This document shows, in pieces, positions 36,701-61,197 of a stretch of DNA of 64,000 nucleotides. The position numbers and the translations under genes are program-made. Origin of the DNA: Daphnia carinata. Taxonomy: Eukaryota. The stretch's first letter is position 1; the number at the start of each line of letters is the position of its first letter. Below the pieces are notes generated by a model that was not told the origin of the DNA, made no database searches, and was given only the letters and a program-made list of their open reading frames with translations. The stretch lies in assembly GCF_022539665.2 (NCBI RefSeq), contig NC_081333.1, forward strand, positions 7,378,001 to 7,442,000. Direction: 5' to 3'.

Positions 36701-38194
36701 GTAGTGAAAAGTATATGCTGTACTAACCAGACTAACATGGAATTTTGGGTAGATTCTAATAACATGCATTGCTTAAAATCAAGAACATGGATCAGAACCA
36801 GTTAATGTTACGTGCGTCGTTGGCTGGTGATATATCTAAAGAGACTTAGAATGCAAAACAAATGGCGGTTATCTACGGAGGCCATACACAACTTTTTTAT
36901 CGTTGCACTAATCGTTTCTTTATGTACACTAACGTGTCATAAAGTCCATTACTCGATTGGCTAAATAATCGTGTTTTATGCCAATTTCTAATCTATAAAC
37001 CAATGTAGATGCAATTATTGGCCTACCATAAATTGATTTGACCAGTGTAGTCCTGTTTTACGTAGCGAATATATTGGCCAGTTACTGGGATGCGTGGCAA
37101 TCTTGCGAGAGTCATCGATCCACGAACTTGTCCATCTCAAAGTTGCTGAAAGCCTTGTTTGGCACGATGAGTCGCTATCGGCATTTGCATACAACCCACT
37201 AAAAGAGTTTTTGTCTATTTTTTACATCAGTACTATCGGTGCCGCAGTACAATGGCGGCACTTACCGGATTGGACGAATGTCGTAATAGTGAGAAGAATT
37301 TCTCCTGTACGGAGTTTCATCCTAAGAGGATAAACTTGCAACTGCTGTTGAGCTACGTCTCACACTCCAACGAAGCTGTTACTATTAAATGTAGGCCCCC
37401 CAACTATCTCCGTGAATGGAAACTGTCAGAGGAGAGTAAAGGGGAGCTTTGATATTCCGAATGTTCACGAACGCCGTCATCACACCCTATGTGTAGGTGG
37501 TACGTTGTCGTTCTGCCCCTCATCTAAATGTAAAGAGGGAGAGACATGTTTGAACTGATAAAAAAAAGGAAGTTTTAAAATTGATGTCTGTCGACTTTGG
37601 CCGCACGTTCGGGTTGATTCGTTCGTCTGCACAACGCCAACGCGTACATCAGCGTCGGTCAAAAATTTGTTTGTTTTAGTCAGTTTGAATAGGATTAAAT
37701 CTTTTATGATTGCTATAATATTCACGCACATCTGCAGCCATAGCAATTTAGTGTGTGCGAATCCGTACCACGGTTTTTTTGTTTCTTCTCTAAAGCAAAA
37801 CCTGGCAGACTAGTAAATATATAGTGATGAACGAATCGTGCAATCCCGCCTAACGTTTTAAAATGCATAGGCGGCAGACGTTCACCACGTCTGTCTGTTT
37901 CCGTCAAGTCAACACAATTGCGGCTTTTCAATTATTAAAACTGTAAAAAAAAAAATGTTTCCCTTGATACGCTTAGAGTATGAACCTATAGCAATGACTA
38001 TGTTATTGGTTTATTAATGAGAATCCTAAATTGCCCTACCGAGTTTCATCCGAAATGGTCGATCAATGTCTATCAATCCATGCACGTTTGGTGATTGCTT
38101 TCCGAGGCATAAAAAAAACAAAAACAAAAAAGAGCAAGCAAAATTTATTGGAAGGGAGTGTAGAAATATTGACAAACTGGTTGAATATACAGTT

Positions 38195-38524
38195 TTATAC
38201 GACGGGTAGACGACAGCGAGGCAGCATGCTCCTGTTTGTGTGGGAGGATGACGAGAATTGGTTACGACGGAGTGTGCGCCGACCACCTCTGAGCGAGCTC
38301 GTTTTCGGCCCCGTTTCTCTGTCGGCCACCCAAAGCAAACCAGTGTTCAGTCCGTGCTGACGCTTTCGACCGTCGAGGCTGATCTCTTTCTCTTGTTTCT
38401 CAGTCACAAAACCTGTGGCCTCCAAAGCTCTCGTTCTTTCACTTCGCAACCGCCTTACCTTGACTACCAAAATAACAGCAATCAACAACAACAAAAAAAT
38501 ACCCGAAATAATATCCCACTTCAC
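38195..38524 (-). other. ORF with a single transmembrane-like segment, no ATG; possible exon of a gene divergent from GRK
   Basis: IISGIFLLLLIAVILVV followed by basic KVRRLR (positive-inside pattern). The frame is open back to a TAG that could be a splice acceptor. Confidence 0.3.
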
Positions 38525-39097
38525 AAAAATACCCCCGTCATTGTAGGACAGAGCCCATTCGTGCTAGTGCCGCTAGATTAGGTTCTTTTCCGCGCAGATG
38601 CGGACAAGGTGAGTGCGCGTGATGAGTCCCAATCGCACGGTGTGACAACGGTGTGTCCAATTTCAGGCAAAAGATGGCGACTTTTAGCTCTCCCCTATTA
38701 AGTCCACAAGTTAATGCCAATTGACTTAACGGACTATTTTTGATTGAGCTCTAGTAGATTGCTAGAGAAGTGGACGTGAATTTCCCCCCTAAAACAGAGT
38801 GTAATTTTGTAAAAACTCTGATGGGCTTGCTATCGACGCAACAGACGCTAACAACTGTGTCACCATAAATACTCTTGGCAAGTGTGTGTTTACATATGTT
38901 TAACTGGACATAGATTTTCTTTGGTGAAGAAAAGAAAATAACATTTAAGGATTTCTGAGAGGAACAAAAGAGTTACAATCAGTTATTGGAAAAGTTCACA
39001 AAACAACAATCACTTCCAGTACCAAGCCCTTCAACTCCATCATAGTGAGATTGTTGTTTTGCTGTGATTTTCGATACACACAGAAGGTCAATTGAAG

Positions 39098-49327
<10,230 letters not shown>

Positions 49328-52300
49328 GCGATCTTTGTCACGAGGCGTTGCAAAGGAAGGAGGAAAACGAAATTTCAAAACTAAAAAAAAAAACTGAAGA
49401 AGCAAAAAAAGGATGAAAAGGTATAGGGGGTAATGAAAGGAATCCGGACAAAAGAATCTGTAGACCGATTGTATTGCATTCAATCTTTGAAGACGAACGG
49501 AGCAAAAATGTGGGACAGACATCCATTCAATTTGTACTCTTTCGACTGCAAACCATTCGATACGGTGGGGCGAAAAAAGATTGATATTGATTGGCTGATT
49601 TACTAGTCCCTTTCCCGAATTGCTTTGGGCCCTCTGTATTTTACCTGTTTTTTTTACTTTAATTATTTTTTTTATTTCTTCGTCAGCTGCTTTTTCTTCT
49701 CTTAGTTACTCTCCCTCACTTCGTTGGACGTGACAAGCATTATTGCCTTCACGCTGCGCGCCATGCTTGGCAGAATCGGAAGTAGGCCTAAACTGAGACA
49801 TTGGGCCCACACCAGAGAGTTAAAGGGTCCGGCCCCTGACCAATGTAGACGAAAGAGAGAGAGGGGCTTTTAAACAGAAGCGTTGAGATTGAATCCCCAC
49901 GGCCATTATTTTCTTTCTTTTCACTATTTTTTTTTTTTTCGCTCTTCATTTTGTGTTTGATTCTGCATGACTGATATTATTCTTAATTTCCCAATCCAAT
50001 TATACGAGGTGGGGTCGCTGTCGCTCTTTTTCGTTCTCAACAAAGATGTCAAACGACAAGTTTTCTTGTCCAGTTTACCCTTAGCTGTGCACACATTCTG
50101 ATAGTTTAATTATTTTTCTGACAATGAACGAATGATGGGAGATTCAAGTCGTCGCAAGTTATCGATTTGTCACGAAATCGTGATGAGAGACGTGAATGCC
50201 GCTTTTCTGTTTATCTTTAAATTTCTGTTGGGAAAAGTCCTAGTCGACACGCACCTTCGCGAGCATCCCCACCCGTTTGTACACATTGTACAGGAAAAAC
50301 AAAAAACAAAAAACAAAAAAAAAAACTGCTTCTCCTTTTTCTCTCTCCAGTGCCGCGGTCCCAGTGTGTCTTTCTATTCGAAAACAACACCTGGGGTCGC
50401 GTGAGAGATTGATTCTCGCACATGTCGAATGATCAAACGCACGCAAAGTGGGCCGTGATGGATAAAATGGCCCAGTGACTGTTTACTTTTTCTTCTTCTA
50501 TATCTCTTTATGGCTTTTTTTGTTTCCCCCCGTTCCTCTGAAAAGTATTCTACGCTTTTTGGTGGGTTTTATTTTACGTTCGGTCGTTGGTTTTATATAC
50601 GTATGATACAATAATGTTTTGGTTTGTTTGCTTGTTCGTTTCTCCTTTCGATTGGCCATATTTTATTTCATACTTGCGTATTGTTGATCCGATTCGAGGA
50701 TTCGCGTGCCAAGCTCATTCCTTTTATTTTTCCTTTTTTTTTTTCACGTCTTCCCGCCCCCTCCCCCCATTTCCATGTGGTTTTTATTGATCGGGTCGAT
50801 GCATGGACGAGACGTGAACCAAGTGTGTGCAATATATATTGTCCAATTCCACCTGCCCCATTGTCCAGAAGCTAGAATATCTTAACGTTCCGTGTGGGGT
50901 CTACCGTTTCTTCTTTATATTCAAACGGAGCTGGGGCTAAAACGATAACGGGACGAGAAAGGAGATAAAAGTGAAAGCCATTTCTATAAACGATAATTTT
51001 ATTTCCCTTTATACATAAATATTGGTTTAATCGTGTTCTGCAAGCTGCGTTGACGTCTCTTATCATTATTTTTTAACTGTCTCTTTTGATATATATTTTT
51101 CTTTCCCTCCCCGTAATGCGGTAGTGGGCGCTCTAACTTGGGCTTTTGAATTCAATAATTTTTTTTGTCATTTGATACGTTCAGTTTTTGTCAATGTCAC
51201 CCCCGTTCGAGATAAAAAAAAAAAATATTGTTGCCCTTTGTATTTTTTTTTTCATGCCTCCCTTCCTTGAAATTGTCGGATCGTTTTTCTATAGTGTACA
51301 TTGTTCGACCAGTTGATGAAGCCATTTATTATCTCTCCCCCCCGTTCAATCCAATGTTGTGTTGTGCGCGCAGAAAAATTGACAACATTGATGAAGTGAT
51401 GGATAACGCCGTTTTGAAGAAGGAACAAAAACATTGACCCAAATGAAACAAACAAATGAAATCTAACCCATTCAACTTGTAATATCTGCTCCCGAAAGAA
51501 CGACGCAAAATTAAACGAGATAGTCTTGAATCTTCTTGAATTCCAGCCTTCGTCGTGTTCGTTTGTCCTTTTAGTTGGCTCAGCTAATCGATAACTCGTT
51601 AAAGGAGAACTTGTAGGTATTCATTATTCTAGTCGTGCTGACGGCTGTTAATTGTTCCGTGCAAGTTTTACCGTACAAGTTTTAGCGGTCCTGATGTCAG
51701 CCCTGTTCCCCAGGCTTATATGTTTGCCCGGACTGCATAACGAAAGCCACCGTGATTAAACGATGGGATTCAAGAAAAACGTGTCGGATCCCTGGCCGTT
51801 AATTGGATTCTTTTACGCACGACCGACAATGGCAGTATTGTGATGTACTATTTTTAGCAATGACTTTTGCACGATTGTATTTGCAGGATACTAAGTCTTT
51901 GACGTTTGTTGTGAGAGCTTTCTTTTCTGTATGGGGTAAATAGTGGACTAGCTGTACTCGGTGCTAGGTCCAGAAATGATCTTTAAGGAACTAGGTTGAC
52001 ATCTTATATTTGTTCTATGATTAGTGACTGAAGGTTTGTGCGTATTTACCTATGCATTACAGTTAGTTTTGGGACGTTGATTTGTGGATGGCTTAGCTAC
52101 TTAGAAATCTAGCCTAGTCAACACAGCACATCTTTAAGTTTCCAGTTTCCCATTATCAACGATCTAGGGCCCCACAGTATCCACAGATGTCGTGGTCGTC
52201 AAAATGGGTAAGTTTCGTTAACTATTGAACAATCTTTTAATTTTGCAAAGTGCCAATTTAGTTAGTTCTTCGCGATCTCATAGACCTACAGACTTCTTTA

Positions 52301-55300
52301 AACATGAAAATAGCTTTGCCAACATTGAAAACAGTTTTTTTATGTTGTTTACTATTATGCAATAACAAAAAGAAATTCGTCTGGCATTTTTTTTTTATTC
52401 AACGATTTCGGTGTTTTTAAATTACGAAATCGGCAACAATAACGTAGAACATTGTTTTGTCAATGCATGCTGTAGATGTACTGAACGGTGTGGGTGTGAG
52501 CAGCGTTTGCTGGAGGATGAAACCGGATTGCATAACCTAAAAAAACCTTTTTAAGCATGCAACTGTTGTTGTTTGATGTTTTTCTTGTTTTTTCGGCTGG
52601 AAAAATACGGATATTCTTTTTTATTATGTGAAAATTTTAACATAATAAACATATCAAGGAAATCTGCAACGTTGTGTCTAGCGACAGCATAAACCAGCTG
52701 ATTTCGATTTTGAAGCCCTTGTCGAGTGAATTGTTAACGTTGTGATTGCATCTCCACATTTTGGCATCAATTGCTGCCTGTTATATTACGTGGCAACATT
52801 TATTGGGCTGTTTCTTGAGTGCAACTTAACACGATGGTATAAAACAAAACAGTTTGATCGATAATCTGTGATTTAGCTACGAACGATACGGGCATCGTTG
52901 AGCCCATGTTTACGTACGATCGATCATGCGGTCAATTCAAGGGCAAGACGTTGATTCTTTTGGCTATGAATCCTGTGAAACATTTGAATAGAAACCACGA
53001 CAGAGAGCCACTCCAAGACACTCGATCGTCCATTCGTGTGGCATCAGCTGTTATTGTTCTCTCGAAGTCTTCGTGCACAACTGAACTACTACTACACGAA
53101 TCGAGTAAGTGGCTATATTCGTTTGGCTTTTAACTTTGGAGGGTTTTCAACTTAATCCTACACGATTCCTAGTGTCGTTTGATCTATAATGGGCTCTAAA
53201 AATGTTAGAAATAATTTGTTTTGGTCGTGCAAGACCGCCATAATCTGAGAACGTGAATGGCGATTCAAAGGGAACCAAAAATAAAAAAAAGCAATTGAAC
53301 GACAATTTTTTTTTTAGCTATGGCAAAGCGAGTTGACATATCCAAGATCGGGTTTCCGTCTCTGGGTAAAGGGGGTAATATATACAGCAAATGACGTCTT
53401 TACCCATCTCGTGTTATGGACGACTTAAAGCCTTAAAGCTCGACATGATGGGCCAAACGGCGTCAAACAACCCCAAGAACCAATACAATTTACGAGTTTC
53501 TCATCCCTCCCTACCATCGTTTTCTGAATGATTTTCAATTCCAATAACCGTGATTTTTTTTTCTTCTGCTGCTATCTGTAAATACGCGGTCGGAATCCTT
53601 ACTTTTATGGCAAATAATGGATCATCAGACTGCAACGTCTGACGCGTTTGACAACATCCTCATCTGTAGCTCTTCTCTTATCACCTCGCAAACAGACTTT
53701 GGTCTATGCATGTATTTAAAATCGTAAAAACCCCCCTGTAAAAGTATATATATATACACATGCATATGCCCTTCATTTTGCCTATTGACCAAAACTCTCC
53801 CCTCCATAAGTCGCACTCTCCCCGTGTATCGTTTCTGTCATCAACGGCCGCAATATGGTTCGCGAGTTCCGACCCCTCCTTTTAAAAAAAAAAAAAGGTG
53901 CACTACATTTACGAAAAACTAGTTAATCGTTATTTAGTTCTTTCGTACAAACATTCTGAAATTCCGATGACTGACGATTGGCTATAACAACAACTCGTGA
54001 AACCAAAGGAAATTGATTGTGAGTTCGTAAGAGAGGGAAGATTGTGGTTGCAAGTGGGTGGTTATGGATGGACGTCTGGACTCGGTTTGGCCGTCTGTTT
54101 TTCAAAAAAAAAAAAAAAGACAGACGTTTACGCGTGGTATTTTTCCTTTGTATACATATAGAGATATACACGAAACGCCGGTGTGTGTGTACATTTACGA
54201 TGTGCAAGTGTGTCTGTGAGTGCATCGTAGGGATGATGTTTAGATGCTGGAAAGTGAAGGATTCCTGTGGACCACACGTCCGCTTTCTTTCTTTTCGGAT
54301 GTTTATTCGTGTCACGTTGAAAACTCGCAGCGCAACACCAAGATATTTCTTCCGTATAAGTTACCACACGAGAAACAACACCTCGTCCCCCTCCTTATTT
54401 GATGGGTAACAGTTTTTTACACTATTCCCACGATCTTCTCCCTCACGAACTTGCGCCTTTTCTCATCGTGGTTGCATTTACATGACCTGCTCCCGAGAGG
54501 ATCTAGGCCTCTACTCCCACATTCGTTCGTCTCACGGTAAAGATCCTTCTGTTTCTCTCTTGTTTCTGGGAGCCCTGAAAGAGACTTCTTGTGTATGGGT
54601 CCCGATTCTTTATGTACGCAGCTATTCAGGTTTCTGTGTACGGCAGCTCGTTAAAAATGGAGGCTAATTATTCCTAGAGCAAAAAGATGACAATCATCTT
54701 GTAATATCGACATGAAGTCCTGAAAGTTCCGAAAGTTGAGAGACTTAAGTCCGACATAGAGAGAAAAAAATAACATGGCAGAATTATTTTGATATTTCGC
54801 TTGTCGACATGCTGCTCTGAGTGAATTGTTAAAAAATCATCAGCTCGTGAGTACGGGATGTTCTATGCCCACGTACCTGTATCGATCGGTAGCGTCTCAT
54901 CTTTTCTTGGGCGGGATATCAGATTGAAACAAACGTATGATCCTCCGCCCGATTCGATTACTTGCGTGCATTCTTGCTGTCTAAAACGTCCCAGTTCATG
55001 CCTAAATTCGCTTTGCGTGATCGATTTTGTTTTGTAGTTATTGGCTAAGGGGATTCAAGGACCGGTCTATTCTTTACGTACACGTTTGTTGCATCTTTAA
55101 TTTTAAAAGTTCAAACTTTATAGCCCGGTAGGCTTTTTTTAAATTGCAATTTCAGGCTTCTTGTATAGTAAACTCGTCTTGTTTGAACTTGCCCGCTCAC
55201 ATAATTTTGAAATTCGATTGAACCCTGTACATCTTTTCTTGTTATTGAATTTTACCTTGTGATTTTTTTGGAACGGAATTCAATGCCATCTATTGGGAAG

Positions 55301-56757
55301 TAGTTGCGTCCCTAAATGCATACGAACAACAATAGTTTTTGAAACATTATTTTATGCCCGGTACTCTGTAAGTAACATATAAGGGAAAGATCACGCCATT
55401 TCGAGTTCGACAATGTCGTTAAGACTTTGCAGAGTTGGGGGTAATACAGTTACAGTAGGACAGACCTTTTGGCGTCCAGGCAAAAGCAACCCCAATGACG
55501 CAAACTTGGCTACCAAAACGAAAAGTATTGGGGAACAATAGTTTCTGGATAATGGGTTTGAGTTCTCGGAAAAAACGGGGCCAGACGCTGGAAAGAATCA
55601 GCGGATGACAGGGATCCAAGCTGACGAGCTCGCATGCTCCTAATGTGTCAGTTGAGACGGGAAATCATCAGCTGATGGGGTAAAATACGTACGAACTAGG
55701 AAGTTAAAGGTACGGCGCAACCATAGAGACAGGAAACACAAAAGGGAGGATACCCACAACATCAATGACTTTGCTGGATAAGAGGGCGAGAGTTCTCTGT
55801 CTTGGTTTTTTTTTTTTTTTTTTTTTGAAAATATGAGAGAAAAAAAGATCCAATTGCAAACGCCATCAAGGCCGGGAGTAGGTCCCATCGTTGCGTCTGT
55901 TGTTCGTATCCCCCATTTCCCTTCTCTTTACAGCAGTGCACAGTCTCTAGTGAGTTTTTAATGAGACTCATTAATCATGGAAGCATGACTGCAGAAATAA
56001 GTCCCGCAGCCAGCATTTTTCCTTCTCTTTGTTTAGTCCTATATCTTCCAATGTGACTTTCTTTTTTTTATGTACGCATCTTGAGGTATGCTTTGTAACT
56101 GCGTACAGCACACAAATGGGGGGGGGGGCAATACTAGGCCGACGTGCTTTCGTTCAGTGACAGCAGTTGCACGCGCAAACGTCCGCCCTCATATGAGTTT
56201 GGAAGCTGGGACAGCTTTGAAACCAACCCACTCAGCCCAAATAAACTAATTCTTTGACATAAATTGAAGCTCGAACTATTCCATGATTATAGGATGCAAC
56301 AAAGTGGAAACGAACAGAAAGAAAATGTTTAAACTGGGCGTGTATTTTCAATTTCCGTCTCGTATCCAAAAAAAAGTTATGAATACTTTCGTAGAATAAA
56401 ACGAGGCGAAATTTTTAATTCGTTATTTAGAGTGGCACAGCAGTGTGACTTAGTCAAACGATGATTTCAAATGTTATAAGGCGAATTTTTAAAAAAGGTT
56501 GCATGCGTCATGTATCCATGAATTTAATTTAATTTGAAGGGCAATAGGAGAGAAAAAAAGACACAAAACAAGAATAACGCGCATTTCTAATAACTATAAT
56601 TGAGGCACTGGTTTGAGACATGGTTTGTTAATCAATGGCTATAATTTGATCGAAAAAGGATAAACGTATTCACATGGACACAAGAAAAAAGAGTGCCCTA
56701 ACTTTTTTTTTTAAATGAAAATTGATTTGCAACGTCCTATTAAGTGCATTACAAAGC

Positions 56758-59700
56758 TTATCTAGGAGAGTAATCGTAAGGATTTTGGACCGTTCGGGAG
56801 TAGAAAGGCGCATTGGGGAAGGGATTCTGGTGCGGATGATGATACGGAGGCTGGTAGACGGAAGCGGCGGATGCCGTGCGACCGTAAGGCGAGCTGGTCC
56901 GCATTTTTCCGGCGGCCGCCGCGTAGTTGTAGGCGTTGTAGATAGGCCCGTACTGGCAAACGTCGGCTGTGTAAGGCTGTGACATTTGAGCGGGCAAAGT
57001 CGGCGAAATCGGCGACAATTGAGAACTGGACACGATCGGCGTGACGGGAGCGATGGAACCCGTTGACGATGACATAATGGCTGAAGTCGCTGCTACGCTG
57101 CTACCCAAACTGTTGAATGTGCTGCTGTGTTGTGGAGATGATCCCGTGTTGGTCGTGAAGCCCCGTTGGACGTTAAACGAACATTGCTGGCCGCCCGACG
57201 TCGTTGTCATGATGGCCGGACTGATGGCAGTTGAAACGAGACCGATATTGTTGTTGTTGTTGGCTGATGATGACGACATCGACGGACTCACTGACTCTTC
57301 ATCTGACAATTGCATAGTTTTATTTAACGTGGTAGCCATACACTACTCATTTCAAAAACTTCCAAGTCTATAAAGAATCAAATATGGTGGGTTGGTTGGA
57401 CATAAATCGCGATGACTATAATGAGCTATTTTGCTCCGTGTCATTTTCTTTTTCCCCTTTCGTTTTGTTTTTTATTTGGTAGTTGGAAATGTTTTGTAAG
57501 GAGGACGGTCGTTTAAGATAAAAGATGGCTCTATAACTTATAAGAGATGGGATGCAGTTTTGACATTTCCCGGAGTTCTAACGTCGTGTAGGGGGGGAAT
57601 GCGTGGAACGCGAGTTGCTATTACGCTGGGCCGGAAAACAACACAGTGGGTACCACATATGTTTCCCTCTGTCTTTTTTAGGCACTCCCCTCCCCACACA
57701 CACACGGGAGTGAACATATCGATTGACGACCTCCGACGGTGTTTTGACCTCTGAACTTTTACCAGGAAGGATCGTCATATGCGCCGAAGCGTGCGGGAAT
57801 GCGCAAAAACCAAAAAATATTTTTCTTGCTATTTCTTTATACGATAGTAGCGATATTGAATTCTAAAGCTATAAATAAAAAGTTAATTTCAGTTTTTTTT
57901 TCTTGTTCATTTTTAGGGCAATCAGTCACGGAGAAAAGTAGGGCAGACGTCAGTGAAAAGTGATCGAGATGGAAGAAGTGGAGCGTTAGGGAGTGCTGAT
58001 TGAAGGAGCCCATGTGATGGATTCCGATCATCGCTCATCCCGACGGCTTCTTCGTGTCAAGGCTTGCTGCCGTTTCGATAAGAAGATGGCCGCTTGACCC
58101 CGATGTTGCCCTCTTTCCCCGCCATTTGAGACGAGCGTTTCGCTACTTCCCACCCAGGAGTATAAAAATTCAAGACGAAGTCCAGTTGGAAATTGCAGCC
58201 ACCCAAAGGTCAAGTAGCAACCAATTGCAACCGTAGAATTATTAGTTTTACGATGTCGTGATTTGACACGAGCGCAACATCATTTCCCGTCCGATTTGTT
58301 TGTATTTTTCTTTGAAAATCTTTCTTAAACTACATTAGTGGCATCAAATGAAATCCATATTGATGGATTGTAAAATCAACATGGTGCGAACAAGACGAGA
58401 ACCGGTCGCTATTTCGTTAAAATAACAGAAAAAAACTGAAGTTGTAGATGTAAAAAAAAAAAGATTTTCTCTGCCTTTCAGCCTAAAAACAACTCGGGTA
58501 CTGGAACGAAACGGAGCGTCAGACACATGGGTAATGAGCCATGTGACGGGGTCGTCTCTTTTCACACCTCTAGAAAAGATCCGGCGTATTTACGTAATGG
58601 CCTCTCTTTTAAATTATTTTTTTGTTTTGGGGGGGTTCTTTTTTTTTTTTTCGTAGCCGAAAATGACACGTTCCAGGAAGGACGAGCTGACCCAAACTCG
58701 CTTTCTTTTAGGGGAATGATGACCATTCATTAAGAAGATGTCGTAGTCAGTTCAGCACCCACTACTGTTTTCTTCCCGTCATTTAGCTTAATGATTCTAA
58801 GAATTCAAACTGATGACCATTCTTTGTTTTCATTAGACATTATCCGTTCCATTTGGATGAATTCGAATCTCATCTTTTCGTATTTGCCAACTGATTTTAA
58901 ATTGTACTATTATGTACTGCTGTCGAAATTCTATGAATGGAAAAAGGGGAGCACGTAAGCGTCGCGTTACACATACGTCACTTTCGTTTTCTTCCTCCCA
59001 CATGCCCATCCCGCCTACTGCGCTACCGCTCGTTTATTTCGTCAAAACCATCCATCATCGTCAGACTAATTCATCTATTGTAACAGCGGGCCATATCGTT
59101 GCAGGACGACTGGAACTCTCCCCCCTCCCTCCCATGAGCCCGAAAAGAAATAGGACTGAAAACATACCTTTGGATTCCTTGTGATGGAACGTCGGGGATG
59201 AATAGACACCCGACGGTGAAGAGCCCGGGAAACGTGATGATGAAGACGACGAGGACGATCCGGCCACCAAAGATGATGAGGTCGTTGTAGATGTTGTAAC
59301 CGTCGTGGCGCTTCGGCTGCTGTTACTACCCGACGGGCGGCTACTATTGGCACTAGACACATTCGACGGCATATGATTTAGCACATCGACCACGCAATCA
59401 TCGGGATCGCAATCACGAAATCCTTTGGCGAATGGATTACTGGCTATCTTCAATTGGGTAATCTAATTACAAAAATGACGTTTTAATTTTTTTTTTTTTA
59501 ATCGATGGGATAAGTTGGTGAGGTGTTTACCCGATGATTCTGATAGGCAGTGACGGCAGTGAACTTTGTCTCTGGGAAGATGAACGTGCGAAAGTTCTCG
59601 GTCTGCGACGCGTCTTCTGTCCGCTGGTTGATGTAGACGACGTGGAAACGCGGCTGGTAGCGATGCATGGAATTCAATATGATCTGTATCGTTGGAAGAT

Positions 59701-61197
59701 GGGTGAAGGCATGTAAGAAAAACAAATACAACAACAAGAGAAAAGAGAGAGTCGTGTGATGCACTGGCATCTTAGCGTGTTGCACGCCATTTGGAACAAG
59801 AGCCACAAGAGAGTTGCTGATGGCCATCTAATGACTTTGGCAGCTGTACGTAGTTAGGCTTTTCCAAGCATTTTCTAGATCCCAATTCCTTTTTTTTTTT
59901 TCTTTTTCCTGCTTGTGTACACTGTTGACCTTTTTGGTCTGACCCTCTCTCTCTCATCATCGACTAGAGACAGGCTGTAGCCATCAGTAGCCAAAACAAG
60001 GCAACATCTCATCTTCCCAGAGCTTGATGATGATGATGATCGTCCCAAAGAAGCAAACGAGAACTTACGTGTCCGTTGTCATCCAGCTGGTTGTTGGTTA
60101 ACTTGAGTTTGTCGAACGAAACGACTTGCTTGGTCCACTGCGAACCTTTGGCCGGTGAGTCTGGATGAACGTGAATCCTCGGCGGAGAGTTGGGATCCGA
60201 TTTGCCCGCAACTACCCAGCTTGAACTGCAATCCCATCAAAAAACAATTCCCATTTTTTTAAAAACTGTTTTGAAAAAAAAAAGAAAACACCGTTTTCCA
60301 CTACCTGTGAAAAGCGTAGCGATATCGCTTGTCATCCACTGGCACAAAGTCCATCATGAGCATGTAATCCGAATTGGCGTCCAGTCCGAAAAGGCGCACC
60401 TGGAGCGTCGGAAACATCCGCCTAGATGTTGCAACGATCATCACGTAAAGTTTCATTTAATCTCTGTAATATTTCCTTTTTTCCCTCTTTAATTATTTGA
60501 TCTTTTACTGACCTGCCAGCTTTGGTGACAATCATTTCGGTGCCCAATTCGTTGAATTCGTCCCACAGAGCCTTCATCTCCAGGCTGGCGTTAACTCCGG
60601 TCAGTTTGGCGTGAAGCGGTTTCTTTGTTTCCTGCTCCAAGTCTGGAAAAAAAAAATACGGTTTGCCCAGAAACAATAAGATTTCATTTCTTTTCATGCT
60701 CTTTGCTCTCTGTAGACTTACTCGGACTAGGGCTAGACTGGCCCCTCTGCCTGCTGGATCGTTCCTCCTTCGTCAAGGTGGACAAATCGTTGGTATGATT
60801 CCCGCTACCCATCGGCGATAATCCCGAAGATTGGCCGTTATGATGTGGAGTTGAAGGTGTAGGAGAAACCGAAGATTTATCGCAACTCTCCTGTTGCATC
60901 ATCGCCGGTGGACCGATGCCTTGTTGGTGCGATTCTGATCGGTAAAATTGATGTTGCTCCTGGCCGCCGGCGGTGAGTAGACAAGCTGAATAGACAAATC
61001 AAAGTGTTACATTGTCTTCTTATCAAATATTTGTAATGTAAGAAGAAGGTTTGTTTGTTTATACCTTCCATGGCTCGCATTGGAGTACTAAAACTAGCGC
61101 TGTGATGATGGAGTGAAGCCGGACTGTTCCAATCGTTCCAGCAATCAGTTTGCTGTACTTGCTCGTGGCTACGTGTACTTGTCGTCGAAGCCATCAT
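56758..61197 (-). CDS. org-1: T-box transcription factor, TBX1/10 subfamily (org-1), ~597 aa, 8 exons
   Basis: Exons 61065-61197, 60722-60985, 60513-60642, 60305-60421, 60069-60225, 59531-59683, 59168-59462 and 56758-57302 (1794 nt). T-box [28 protein letters not shown]...[14 protein letters not shown]...[16 protein letters not shown], and the TBX1-like C-terminus YDYSPR. Confidence 0.95.

Noticed and set aside
59061..59167. TBX1 exon 7 ORF running on into the intron
   Set aside because: A good donor at 59168 splices in frame to the exon encoding the conserved YDYSPR end.
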